A DNA stretch of 64,000 bases from the human T2T-CHM13v2.0 reference genome, Homo sapiens. Below the pieces are notes generated by a model. The model was not told the origin of the DNA. It made no database searches and saw only the letters and a list, made by a program, of their open reading frames with translations. Of the stretch, positions 22,902-46,506 are shown piece after piece (positions within the stretch are counted from its first letter, which is position 1; every line of letters starts with the position of its first letter). The stretch lies in NCBI RefSeq assembly GCF_009914755.1, contig NC_060939.1; one strand, written 5' to 3'. A program made the position numbers and the translations under genes.

Positions 22902-24259
22902 TAAATTTTAAGATTTTTAATTAATTATCTCCAAACTTACTCTAAGCCGTTTGATGGTTATAAAGTCACACAACAATGGATGCGGAGATTTGTCATCTCA
23001 AGGGAGCAGAGATTTCTAGGTTGAAGAATATATGATAGAATAGTTACTTACTGCCACAGGTTCAAACTGGGATGTGGAACCTGAAGGCTACGTGCTCCCA
23101 GGATGATTCTACCTGATGCCCAGAAGGGAAGACTGTCCTTTCTTATTATTGGTATTGAATAGGTAACTCTAAGTCAACAGATTTTAGCTGAGATTTTTAA
23201 TCAGCTGTCTTCTTTTTTTTGGTCTAATTCTGCTACAACTCTATTGCCATTTTAGTAATGGTATATTATTTTTAAATATTTTAATTTAAAACATAAAAAT
23301 GTTCACCAATCTTTTGATGTATGATTGAACTAGTCTGGACGGAAGGGCTTGTCTAGGCTAGGTTCAAAGATTGGTGAGAATGATCACGTAAGTGATTCCT
23401 TATTCACGACCGAACCTGTACGAAAGCAGTGAACAAAATATTTACACGACCAAAGATATGAATAAATGTGGTTCCCCAAAGCCTACCTTTATTCTTCATG
23501 GTGGTACACCCAAAGGCCGACAGTCTGAGATGCCCTTGGAAATGAAAAATCTGCTAGGTCAGGAGTGCTAGAGCAGTAGGCTAGCTGCCTTTTATATCAT
23601 TTAAAGCTGGAGCGAGGCAAGTGAGGCAACCACAGCCCTGCTTAAGAGTCTACCCTATTATTATATGAGGAAATCCCTATGGTGCCATAATTTAATACTC
23701 TGGATTACAGTTCATATGGCTTCAACAAGCCTATTTGAAGTTTCAGAGCGTCAGACCCAGCCATGGGTTTTCAAAGGAGAAAAGCCTTTTCTTTGAATTT
23801 TGGAACTCATATTTCTGGGGCTTCAGGAATATTTAATTAAATTACATAATTAGAGTAACGTATAACATGTACGACTGGAAAAACAGGTTTTGGAGCAAAT
23901 CCATATGACTAATAGCAAGCAGGATACAGCCCAACTTCTGGCAGCAGAAGTACATGATTATGCTGGAAAATAGCCTACTAGTTGAAAGTGTTCAGTATGT
24001 CATGACTTTAGCCTATTTTACAAAGGGAATAGTGAGAATGTAGCTTACTACCATGCATTAAGTAAAAGGATGCAGGTCAAGAACATTTCTACTCTATGTA
24101 GGCATGTAAACAATATGAATTTGTTCTGTGTTAGAGTTTGGGAGGATCCCTCCATCTGTTCATATTTTTGTAATTACTTTGTAGAGCTGCCACATCCTTA
24201 AGGAGAAGTTCCTCAATTGTTATGCATTCTCCATTAATAACTTTAAGTGGACACTCGTG

Positions 24260-24912
24260 GCACAGATAATGCTATATGTTCACTTTTCTCTTCCTGGGTG
24301 CCTAGGCAGTTAGGTTGCAACCTTTCTAGAAGTTTGGCTGGTGAGCTGTGGGTGGAACTGATATTAGCCATTTTCAGGCCCTGGCCCTTAAAAACTTCTT
24401 GGGCTGGCTAGGTGCAGTGGCTCACACCTGTAATCACAGCATTTGGGGAAGCTGAGATGAGAGGATTGCTTGACTCCAGGACTCTGAGAACAATCTGGGC
24501 AACAATGAGACCCTGTCTCTACAAAAATAAAAAATTAGCTTGGTATAGAGGCACTATAGTCCCAGCTACTTGAGGCCAAGGCAAGAGGATTCCTTGAGCC
24601 TGGGAGGTGGAGACTGCAGTGAGCTGTGATTGTGCCATTGCACTCCAGTCTGGGTGACAGAGTGAGACCCTGTCTCAAAATCAAAACAAAAATGAAACCA
24701 AAAAAACTTCTTGGGCAACCTTCCTGTCTTATCTTTACTCCTGTTACCTTAGAGGCTTCATGATTTGGATGGTATAGCTACAGCATGGTGGAAGTCTTCC
24801 CGAACCACGAGAAGTGTCACAGGACTGAGAAATAAACTTTTGTGATATAAAGTCACTACAATTTGGAGGTTTGTCATTTGTGGCAGATAGTGTTGATTAC
24901 TCTGAAAAATAC
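24260..24912 (+). mobile_element. MLT1-type MaLR LTR interrupted by an Alu (~24403-24700)
   Basis: cctggcccttaaaaacttc ... gagaaataaacttttgtg ... aaataca 3' end. Confidence 0.6.
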
Positions 24913-24929
24913 AGTAACATACAGCATAA

Positions 24930-25385
24930 TGTGAAAGGGAAATAAAAACTCAGAACCCCAATTCACTAGGCCAAAGGGAGAACAAATTAAGCTGAAAGCT
25001 GAGTCATGCAAGAAGCTGCCTTTCCTTTTGTTCATAAGCAGAGAGCTACAGATGAAAGACTCAGCATCTCCACTGGTAGCTACTCTATGTTCACCTTATC
25101 TTATGTGAAGTGCCAATTTACTGAGCATGAGACCAGTACATAATTGACCCTTCCCCTACCTGCTTCTTTTCTCTTGCAACATGTGGATTACTATACCTTC
25201 CCTCTTTTCCCTCCAGTCCACTTTTCCCCATTAAGTAGTGAAGCCCTCAAATTCTTCTTTGGAGAAAGACACAGACCACAGACTTTTTATGATTCTGTGT
25301 TCTTGTCTTCTGAGAATGTCCTTAACCTTGGCAAAATAAACTTCTAAATTGATTGAGACCTGTTTCAGATACTTTTTGGTTTATA
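24930..25385 (+). mobile_element. ERV1 solo LTR (MER4-group)
   Basis: tgtgaaagggaaataaaaactcagaacccc ... aataaacttctaaattgattgagacctg...ggtttata. 4-bp TSD ATAA at 24926-24929 and 25386-25389. Confidence 0.8.
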
Positions 25386-25517
25386 ATAACATCTATGAAA
25401 TTTGACCATATTGTTGCATATATCAGTAATTTGTTTTTTTTAATTACTATGTAATATTACATTGTTTGAATTTACCACACTGGTTTATTCATTTTGTTCT
25501 TAACGGACATTTGGGCT

Positions 25518-25715
25518 TGTGATATTGTGAAATATATACAGTATTTGGTCTTCCTCCCTGTTTTCTGGCATGTAACTCCGAAGTGATAAGTGACTTTTTG
25601 AGAGCTAACAAGTTGACTGATAGCTGGCCTCCCCTAGGTAACTTCAGGATGGGGGCTAGTCACTGGAAAGATTAAGCCATCATTAGAGAGTTGGTACTTT
25701 CAGTCCCACCTGACA
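25518..25715 (+). mobile_element. MER21-like LTR 5' fragment
   Basis: tgtgatattgtgaaatatata...ttcaggatgggggctagtcactggaaaga...tttcagtcccacc. Confidence 0.65.
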
Positions 25716-28700
25716 AAAACTTGTCTCGGCAGAAAACTACAAACCAACCTCTTCTATGAATATGATGCATAAGTTTAAAATAAAATCTTGGTAAACAAAA
25801 TTCAACAGCACTTTGCAAAGAGAATACATTGTGACCAAGAGTTTATTCCAGAAATTCAAGGGTGTTTTATTATTACAAAATTCATTAGTGTAATTCATCT
25901 TATTAATAGAACTAAGGCAAAAAAGCAGCCAGGTGCAGTGGCTCACGTCTGTAATCCCACATTTTGGGAGGTGAGGTGGGAGGATTGCTTTGAGACCAGC
26001 AGTCTGAGACCAGCCTGGGCAACATAGTGAGATTCCATCTCTTGAAAAAAAAAAAAATGCCTGGCATGGTGGTTCAAGTCCTAGTTACCCAGGAGGCTGA
26101 GGTGGGAGGATCGCTTGAGCCCAGGAGTTTGTGGTTGCAGTGAGCTATGATTGTGTCACTGCACTCCAGCCTGGACGACAGAGCGAGACACTGTCTAAAC
26201 AAACAAACAAACAAAAAACAAAACAGAAAACCTAAAAGAACTAAGGAGAACAAGTATATCACGATCTCCATAAATGCAGGAGAGTTATCTGACAAAATTC
26301 AACATCCTTTAATATTAACTCTAAATAAGAATTGAAAGACGCTTCCTTAATATGACTATATTTATGTGTGTGTATACACACACACATACATACTTCAGCC
26401 CAAAAGACAGCATTTACTTATGAAAAGTGTTCCTTCTAAAGTCAGAAATAGAGAACGCTCACTAGCTTCTCTGTCTTTAACAGTGTATAGGTGTTAATAA
26501 GAGAAAGGGGGAGAAGCATTGTGAAAAAAGGAGGTTAAGCTATTTCTATTTGGATATGATATAACTGTGTATCCGGAAAACCCAAAAGAATCAACTGCTA
26601 CAAACAATAAGATAATAGATAAAATAACATGTGTTAAAACTGATACACAAAACCCAATAGCTTCATATATATTACAAAGAAAAGCCAGTTAGAAGATAGA
26701 ATAGAAGACCTTTGCCATAGCATAAATTAATAAATAAATGACTTATGTTTGAACTAAACAAAAAATATTTAATACACCCAAAAGGAAAATTATAAGCCAC
26801 TTTGAAAGACTCACAGGTTGACATAAATAGAGATGTTCCTTGATTGAAAGGCTCAACATCATAAAGGCCATAGCTTACTAATCATCTCCTGTGCCAGTAA
26901 ATCTTTTATCTCAGGCATGACAATCTGGTTATCAAGTTCATTTTGAAGATCATGGAGCTTTAGGTTGGCAAGGAGCTAAAAGTTTGTAAACTTGCTGTGT
27001 TGTCAAGAATATGTTGTCAATGTATTCTCATGCATTGTAAATTGAAGTATAAATTGACATAAATGAAGACCAATTTGAAAATGCATACTAAAATTATAAT
27101 GTATAGACACTTTGACCCAGAAATCCCATTCATTCTTGTAGATAATAACATGTCTATGGGAAATATTATTTGAACTGATATTGCAGCATTGTTTATAACA
27201 GCAAAAGTGATGGGCACCTAAACATTTATCAATGGTATGGTCATGCAGTGGAATACATTGCACTTGTTAGTAAGAATGATGGATCAATACATATCTGCTA
27301 TGGAAATGACTGCAAGATACTTTAGAAAAATTAAACAGAGCTAGACACCAGATTATACTGTATGTAGCTTGCTATTGTTTGAAAGGGGAAAATAATATGT
27401 ATGATTATGTATTTAAGTATGTGGACTCATATCTGGAAGAATACATAAGAAACAGTTAATAGTGTTAATAGTATTGCCCTCTGAAGAGAGGAACTCAGAG
27501 GCTAAGGGGTATGGACAGAACAGAGGCTTTCATTTCAGGGAACAGTATTGTACCTTTTCAATTTTTTAACATACACATGCATTATCTATTAAATACATAT
27601 TGGCCAGGCTCCATGGCTCACATCTATAATCCCAGGACTTTAGGAGGCTGAGGTGGGAGGATCACTTAAACCAAGGAGTTTGAGACCAGCCTGGGCAACA
27701 TGGCAAGATCTCATCTCTACAAAAAAATTTTAAAAATTAGCTGGGTGTGGTGGTGCCCACCTGTGGTCCCAGCTACTTGGGAGGCAGAGGTGGGAGGATC
27801 CCTGGAGCTCATGAGGTCAAGGCTGCAGTAAGCCGCGATCATGCCAGTGCACCCCAGCCTGTGTGACAGAGCAAGACCCTGTCTCAAAATAAATAAATAA
27901 ATACATACATACATCATAAATTAATACATAAATAAATATTTATGTCTTTTCTCAATAAATGCCAACTGCAAATACCTGCCAATATTGTGATTTCTGCCAA
28001 TGTCTCTCTGTAGATCAGTCTTTGCTTTGTTTTATGTTTCAAGGCTGTTTTATAACTAATACAAATACATTTATTATTACGTGTTGTGTTCCTTTAATCT
28101 TTTTGTAGTTCCCCTTTTATTGCTGTTTTTGCCTTAAATTCTATTTTGTCTGATACTACTTACTATTAGCTTTCTGTTCATATGTATTTTCTGTAATTTG
28201 TAATTGCTTCTGTTTTATTTTCAATTTTTCTTCTCTTTTTGATATAGGGTCTCACTCTGTCACCCAGGCTGGAGTGAAGTGGTGCCATCGCAGCTCACCG
28301 CAACCTTCGCCTCCTGAGCTCAAGCCATTCTCCCTCCTCAAGTGATCCTCCCATCTCAGCCTCCCCAGTAGCTGAGACTACAGGTGCGTGCCACCATGCC
28401 TGGTTAATTTTTGTATTTTTTGTAGAGATGGAGTTTTGCCACGTTGCCCAGACTAGTCTCAAACTCCTGGACTCAAGGGATCCACTGACCTCATCCTCCT
28501 GAAGTGCTGGGTTTACAGGTGTGAGCCACTGCGCCTGGCCTATTTTCAATCTTTCTATGTTGTTTCAGGATTATCTTCTGTAAGAAGTATGTGGTTGGAT
28601 ATTTTTAATCCATTGTCTGAGTTTTTCCTCTTTAGTACATGAGTTTAATGCATTTGCATTTATTGTGATTACTAATACCTTTAACTTTATATGTGTATAT

Positions 28701-28886
28701 TTTATGATTCTGGTACTTTTTTTTTTTTCTCTTTCTCTGCTTTATGTTGGATTATTAACATTTTTTATAGTTCCCCTTTGATTTTCCTTTGCTAGTTTGG
28801 GAACTATAAGCTATATTTCTCTTCTTTTAATCATATCCTTAAATCTTTAACTTCACTAATTTGTATCAGTTATCTATTGCTGTCTA

Positions 28887-29276
<390 letters not shown>

Positions 29277-29499
29277 TCAGGAGGGGCTTAATTGGGGTGC
29301 TCTGGCTTGGGATCTCTCATGACTTGTCAAGATGTCAGCTGGCCTACAGTCATTTGAGGCTTCACTGGGCCTGGAGGACACTCTCAAGGACCCCTGTAGC
29401 TGGCAAGTTGTTGGGGCAGGAGGCCTTAGTTCCTTACCATGTGAACCTCTCGATACAGCTGTTGGATAATCCTCATGATATGGCGTCTGGTCTTCCCTA

Positions 29500-29735
29500 G
29501 AGGAAGGTTTCTCTACCTCAGTACTATTGACATTTTGTACTTCATAATTTGCTGCTGTAGGGGGCCAGAGGTACTGTTCTATTTAGGATGTTTAACAGCA
29601 TCCTTGACCTCTACCCACTAGATGGCAGTAGTGCTCCCAGTTGTGACAATCAAAAACGTCTCTCCAGACATCTCCAAATGGTCCCTGGGGTGAGCGTGGG
29701 GGACAAAATCATCCACAATTGAGAATCATTGCCAT
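29500..29735. mobile_element. MER20 (hAT-Charlie MITE)
   Basis: ctcagtactattgacatttt...cagttgtgacaatcaaaaacgtctctccagacat...ttgagaatcattg. Confidence 0.8.
29615..29628 (+). promoter_or_regulatory. CTCF-type motif CCACTAGATGGCAG inside MER20
   Basis: Near-perfect match to CCASYAGRKGGCRS. Confidence 0.5.
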
Positions 29736-30130
29736 AGAGCCAATGCTTCGAGAGAGAGAGAGAGAGAGAGACCAAGGTGGAAATTGCCACATCTTTGATG
29801 AAGTAGCCTCAGGAGTCAAAGCCGTCTCACTTCTGCTATATTTTATCTGGCACACTGGGAAGCCAAGGTTAAGTGACAATACCAGGAGGTGAGGATATTG
29901 GGAGCCATCATAGGAGGCTTGCTACCACGCTACTTAAATATAAAAACTTCCAAAGGCTAAAGCTTTTCACTATCTTTACCCTTCTACTGAACCTTTTCAT
30001 GCTATAATTATCCACTGAACACTCCCTATCCCTATTTTCTTATTTTTGTCCAGGGTTTCAGTTTAGTTTTAGTTTTAGTTTTAGTTTCTTCTAAAAATTA
30101 TTTTTAGAGTTCACATTTAATTAAATTTAA

Positions 30131-30400
<270 letters not shown>

Positions 30401-30439
30401 TGAGTAGCTGGGATTACAGGTGTGCGCCACCATGCCTAG

Positions 30440-30592
<153 letters not shown>

Positions 30593-30632
30593 TGATAGTT
30601 TAGCTGCATATAGATTTTTAGGTTGACAATTA

Positions 30633-30880
30633 CAGTTGACGCTTGAAAAACATGGGTTTGAACTGCATGGGTCCACTACTACAGGGATTTTTTCCAACCA
30701 AACACAGATGAAAATACAGCATTAGTGGGATGTGAAACCCACTTATATGGAGGGCTAACTTCCTATATGCAGGTTTTCAGGGTAGGCTGTGGGACTTGAG
30801 TATGTAAGGATTTTGGTATATACCCGGTGGGTGGTGGGGGATCTTGGCACCAATCCACTGTGTGTACTGAGAAAAGACTG
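30633..30880 (-). mobile_element. MER8-like Tigger MITE
   Basis: ta|cagttgacgcttgaaaaacatgggtttgaactg ... gactg|ta, with TA duplications at both ends. Confidence 0.75.
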
Positions 30881-32100
30881 TATTTACTTTCAGCAATTTG
30901 AAGCAATATTCCTATATGTATAATAATTTTTAATAGATAATTTATTAGAGAGACTTTTAGCAATTTATCTATATCTTTGATGTTTTTCAGTGTTACTTTT
31001 TTTTTTTTTTATTTGTCCAGGCTGGAGTGCAGTGGCGTGATCTCAGCTCACAGCAGCCTTGACCAACTTGGGCTCAAGCCATCCTCCCATCTCAGTCTCC
31101 TGAGTAGCTGGGACTACAGGCGCACACCATCATACGTGGCTAATTTTTGTAGTTTTTGTAGAAATGAGGTTTTGCCATGTTGCCCAGGCTGGTCTATAAC
31201 TACTGAGCTCAAGCAATCCACCTGCCTCAGCCTCCCAAAGTGCTGGGATAACAGGCGTGAGCCTCCATGCCCAGCCTACGTGTTTGGATATAAAGGTGTG
31301 GATTTTTCTTTATCCTGCAGAAGTGGACTTTCAATCTGAAGATTCATATGTTCCTTTAGTTCTTGAGTCTACTCTGCTATTATCACTTTCAGTGCAATTT
31401 TTCAAGGCGGAATCTTGCTGTCTCCCAGGCTGGAGTGCAATGGCATGATTTCATTGCAACCTCCCCCTGCCAGGTTCAAGCGATTCTTCTTTGTCAGCCT
31501 CCTGAGTAGCGGGACTACAGGCACCTGCCACCATGCCCAGCTAATTTTTGTATTTTTAATAGAGATGGGATTTCACCACTTTGGCCAGGCTGGTCTCAAA
31601 CTCCTGACCTCAGGTGATCCGGCCGCCTCAGCCTCCCAAAGTGTTGGGATTACAGGCGTGAGCCACCGCACATGGCCTTAATGCTGTTTTTCTATAATTC
31701 CTTTATAGTCTCTTCTTCTGGAACTCCAATTAATTGTACGTTATTTTTTCTGTCCTGTCTCATAGTTTTATCTCTTTTTGTGATGTGTTTTGAATGCATT
31801 TTTCAGTATTATCTTCCAAGTTCACTAATTACTCAGATTTGTCCAGTCTTACATTTACCCTATTATTATTGTTGTTGTTATTTAAAAAAAATAGCTTCAC
31901 TGAGGTGGGAGATGGTGGCTCACACCTGTAATCCCAGCATTCTAGGAGGCTGAAGCGGGAGGATTGCTTGAGGCCAGGAGTTTGAGACCAGTCTCTATAA
32001 TTTTTTTTTTTTTATAATTAGCTCAGCGTGGTGGTAGACACCTGTAGTCCTATCTACCTGGGAGGCTGAGGTGAGAGGATGGCTTGAGCCCAGGAGTTTA

Positions 32101-32304
<204 letters not shown>

Positions 32305-32307
32305 TTA

Positions 32308-32502
<195 letters not shown>

Positions 32503-33093
32503 TCACGGAGGTGTAATTTACGTACCATTTAATTTTATTTCTTTTTTTTATTGAGGTAAAACATACATATATAATTTGCCATCTTTACCATTTTACATAC
32601 AGTTTTAACGTACGATTCAATGGTTTTTGATCTATTTATGAAGTTGTACAACCATTATCACAATCCAGTTTTAGAAGATTTCTTTCACAACAAAATGATC
32701 CCTCATGCCCATTTGCAGTCCACCTTTGTCTCTACCTCTAGCCCCAGGCACCACTAATATACTTTCTGTTTCTATATATTTGCCTTTTCTGGACATTTGA
32801 TATAAACATAATTATACAATATGTGTTATGCACTTGGTTTCTTTAAGGTTCATTCATTTTGTAGCCTGTATCCATTTTTTTGTTTCTTGATACTGCTGAA
32901 AGTATTCCATTATATAGATGTACCACATTGCATTTATCCCTTCACTAGTTGATGGACATTTGGATTGTTTCCACTTTTTGACAATTATGAATACTGCTGC
33001 TATTAACATGTACCAGTCTTTGTGTGAACATATGTTTTTATTTTCTTGGAAAGATGTCTAGGAGTGGAATTTCTTGGTATGACTGTAAATTGA

Positions 33094-33462
<369 letters not shown>

Positions 33463-34299
33463 TAGTAGCTGTACCATTTTGCATACTCCTCAGCAAAATT
33501 TGAGGGTTCTATTTCTTCACATCCTTTCCAACATTTGTTATTTTCTTTTTTATTATAGCCGTACTAGTAGATGTGAATGGTGTCTTACTGTGGCTTTAAT
33601 TAGCATTTCCCTAATGTACCAATTCCAGCCATTCATATATCTTTTTTGGTAAAATGCCCGTTTAAATATTTTGCCTGTTTTTAATTGGGTTGCTTTTGAG
33701 TTTCCATTAAATTTTCACTGCTACTTTTTAATTTCTGAAATTTCTAATGGGCACGCTTTATATCCATCTACTCTTGTTTTATTTTTGTCTGCTTTTTATA
33801 ATTGCTTATTTGTGATAAATGTTACTTCATTTATCTCTGAGGATCTTCAATATGATTATACTTTCTTTTTTTGTTTTTTGGGAGTTTTTTTGTTTGTTTT
33901 TGAAATGGGTTCTGTCTAAGTTGCTTAGGCTGGTCTCAAACTCCTGGGCTCTGAAAGGTGGAGGCTGCAGTAAGCCGTGATCATTCCACTGTACTGCAGC
34001 TGGGGTGACAGAGTGAGACCTTGTCTCAGGAAAAAAAAAAAAAAAAAAAAAAAAACTCCTGGGCTCAAACAGTCCTCCTGCTTCAGCCTCCCAAATAGCT
34101 GGGATTATAGGTACATGCCATCAAGCCCAGGTCTCAATTTTTTATTTTGGAAAATTTCAAATGTATTCAAAAGTGGAAAGAGAATGAAGTGGACCCTCAT
34201 GAACTTATCACTCAGCTTAATGTATCTTCCACCTCTGAAGACTAATTCCCTTAAAAACCTTATCCTAGGCTACTTAGGAAAAACCTGTTGAAATCTTGC

Positions 34300-35120
<821 letters not shown>

Positions 35121-35449
35121 AACACTATGAATTCTTTAATTGATTGCATTTCCCTGTTGGCTCTGGCTGAAAGGAATCTAAAGCTAAATTTGTGACTCAC
35201 GCCTAGAAATTGTCCAGGATTCTATGGTATGCATTTTTGCATCATATTAATAGTTACCTCTGTCTGAATTTTGCCATCCTATTTTTCTTGTTCTGCCCCT
35301 TAGGGTCTTAATCCATTTAGGTTTTCTACCCTACTGATTACATGTGTTCATGTAAGCTATCACAAACACTGTTAGAGAATAGGGCTGGGCATGTTTGCAT
35401 AAATAAGTAAATATAATAAAAAATGATTCATTTAAAATGGCACTTGTGG

Positions 35450-38575
<3,126 letters not shown>

Positions 38576-38835
38576 CCTTGTTTTCTGTTCCATTGATTGC
38601 TACTTGTTTTTTTCTATCTGAAACTTTAAAATTTTACATTTGTTTCCAAAAGTAGAGTTCATATTATGTATAAGCATCATATAGAGGACATAAACATAAT
38701 ACAGACTTAGCAGCTGTTGGTCTGTATCAGTTTAACCCCTTCAAAATAAGTTTATCTATCAGCATGGTTGATGCCTCACAAACTTATTTTCTCTGTAAGA
38801 GAAAAGTTAACCTAATAACAAGTAACAAGTTAACG

Positions 38836-39975
38836 TTATTCTTTTCTATCACCTTCTTTCCCTGTCTCCAGTTCCTCTTCTCTGGTAATCCATATTCTTA
38901 TTTCAATGTGCACTTCTCAAAGAATTACTCATCATCCAGATCATCATCACTCATTCTACATCTTGGGGTAATTCTTGAGAGAGTTGTCATCATCCACAAG
39001 TGGCTTTGCTTTCTTCTTTCTCTTTTTCATTTGCTTTGTCAACTCAGCCAATTGTTCTTGCTCTTCTTTTGGCCACGCTGGGCTTATATTTCTAAATCCT
39101 TTCTCTTCCTTTTGTATCCCATGATTTGCTTGTTGAGCACCCCGTGATTGATTCCACATAGACCTGAGTGCACAGCAGATTCCATGGCATCAGATGACAA
39201 TGCACTGATCAGAGTCACAAGTTCCTTGAAATCATTTGGTATAAAGTCTTATTCATGTGATGGTCCACAGTCAACCATTGTCAGTAACTGATCAATCTCA
39301 GCTAGAGCTATATTTTGTTTGTCTTGAACAAACTGTATTGGCACCACATTACTCAAGATCTGTTGAGACATCAAAAGATGCTTCATTTGTACAGTGCTCT
39401 TCTGTAAGTTGGCTTCTGTGTGCTCATTCTGCTCAGCAAAAAGAGGTGTCTTCTAATATACATAGAAGGCTGAGAGGTCTAAAGTCAGAGATACCTTGGA
39501 AAGCTACAAATTCAGGTTATAGATATCTTGCTTCACATCGGAGGTGCACTGCAATTTGTGAATGCTTGACAGAGAAGGCCATCCAGGGTCCTTAAGCATA
39601 TGTGGTCTTCCTTAATTTTCTTTGAGGTATTCTTCATCAGGACTTCCAACTTAGATGGTTTGTAAGTAAAGTGAGATCGTAGAGAAAGAGCTTCAGACCA
39701 AAACATTATTTCTGACTGCTACTTTTCAAACTGTCAAGGTCATCAAAAACAAGGAAGGTCTGAGAAACTACCACCACCAAGAGGAGTCTACAATAAGACA
39801 TGACATTGAAATCTAATGTGGTATCTTGGATGGGATTTTGGTTTTTTGGCAAACTTCTTGAGCAAGTTCTTGTTGTCACAGGAGACAGAACGGCCATAGA
39901 GGCACCCAGCTTAGCTGCTGAGCAGTTGCCCAGGAACCAGTGGGAGTCCCCCTGCCCCTCAGTTGGGGACTACAT
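38836..39975 (-). pseudogene. Ancient processed pseudogene of RBFA (mitochondrial ribosome-binding factor A, C18orf22)
   Basis: Minus-strand pieces match recalled human RBFA in order and without introns. KNLLKKFA vs [42 protein letters not shown] vs [88 protein letters not shown] vs [72 protein letters not shown], and QLAELTKQMKKRKKKAKP. Contains stops and frameshifts. Confidence 0.9.
39712..39837 (+). mobile_element. Internal L1MC-type 3'-region fragment embedded antisense in the RBFA retrocopy
   Basis: aaactgtcaaggtcatcaaaaacaaggaaggtctgagaaact...gtggtatcttggatgggat resembles the recalled L1MC 3' consensus. No poly(A) and no TSD. Confidence 0.8.
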
Positions 39976-39979
39976 ACCT

Positions 39980-46506
<6,527 letters not shown>

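Noticed and set aside
23300-23435. Possible hammerhead ribozyme or C/D snoRNA
   Set aside because: No CUGANGA...GAAA core in the required topology, and no proper box C/box D pair.
23868-23973. Short protein-like frame VRLEKQVLEQIHMTNSKQDTAQLLAAEVHDYAGK
   Set aside because: No recognisable homology or convincing splice sites; compatible with chance.
38764-39595. Plus-strand ORFs of 127 and 112 aa
   Set aside because: Antisense shadow frames of the RBFA pseudogene.
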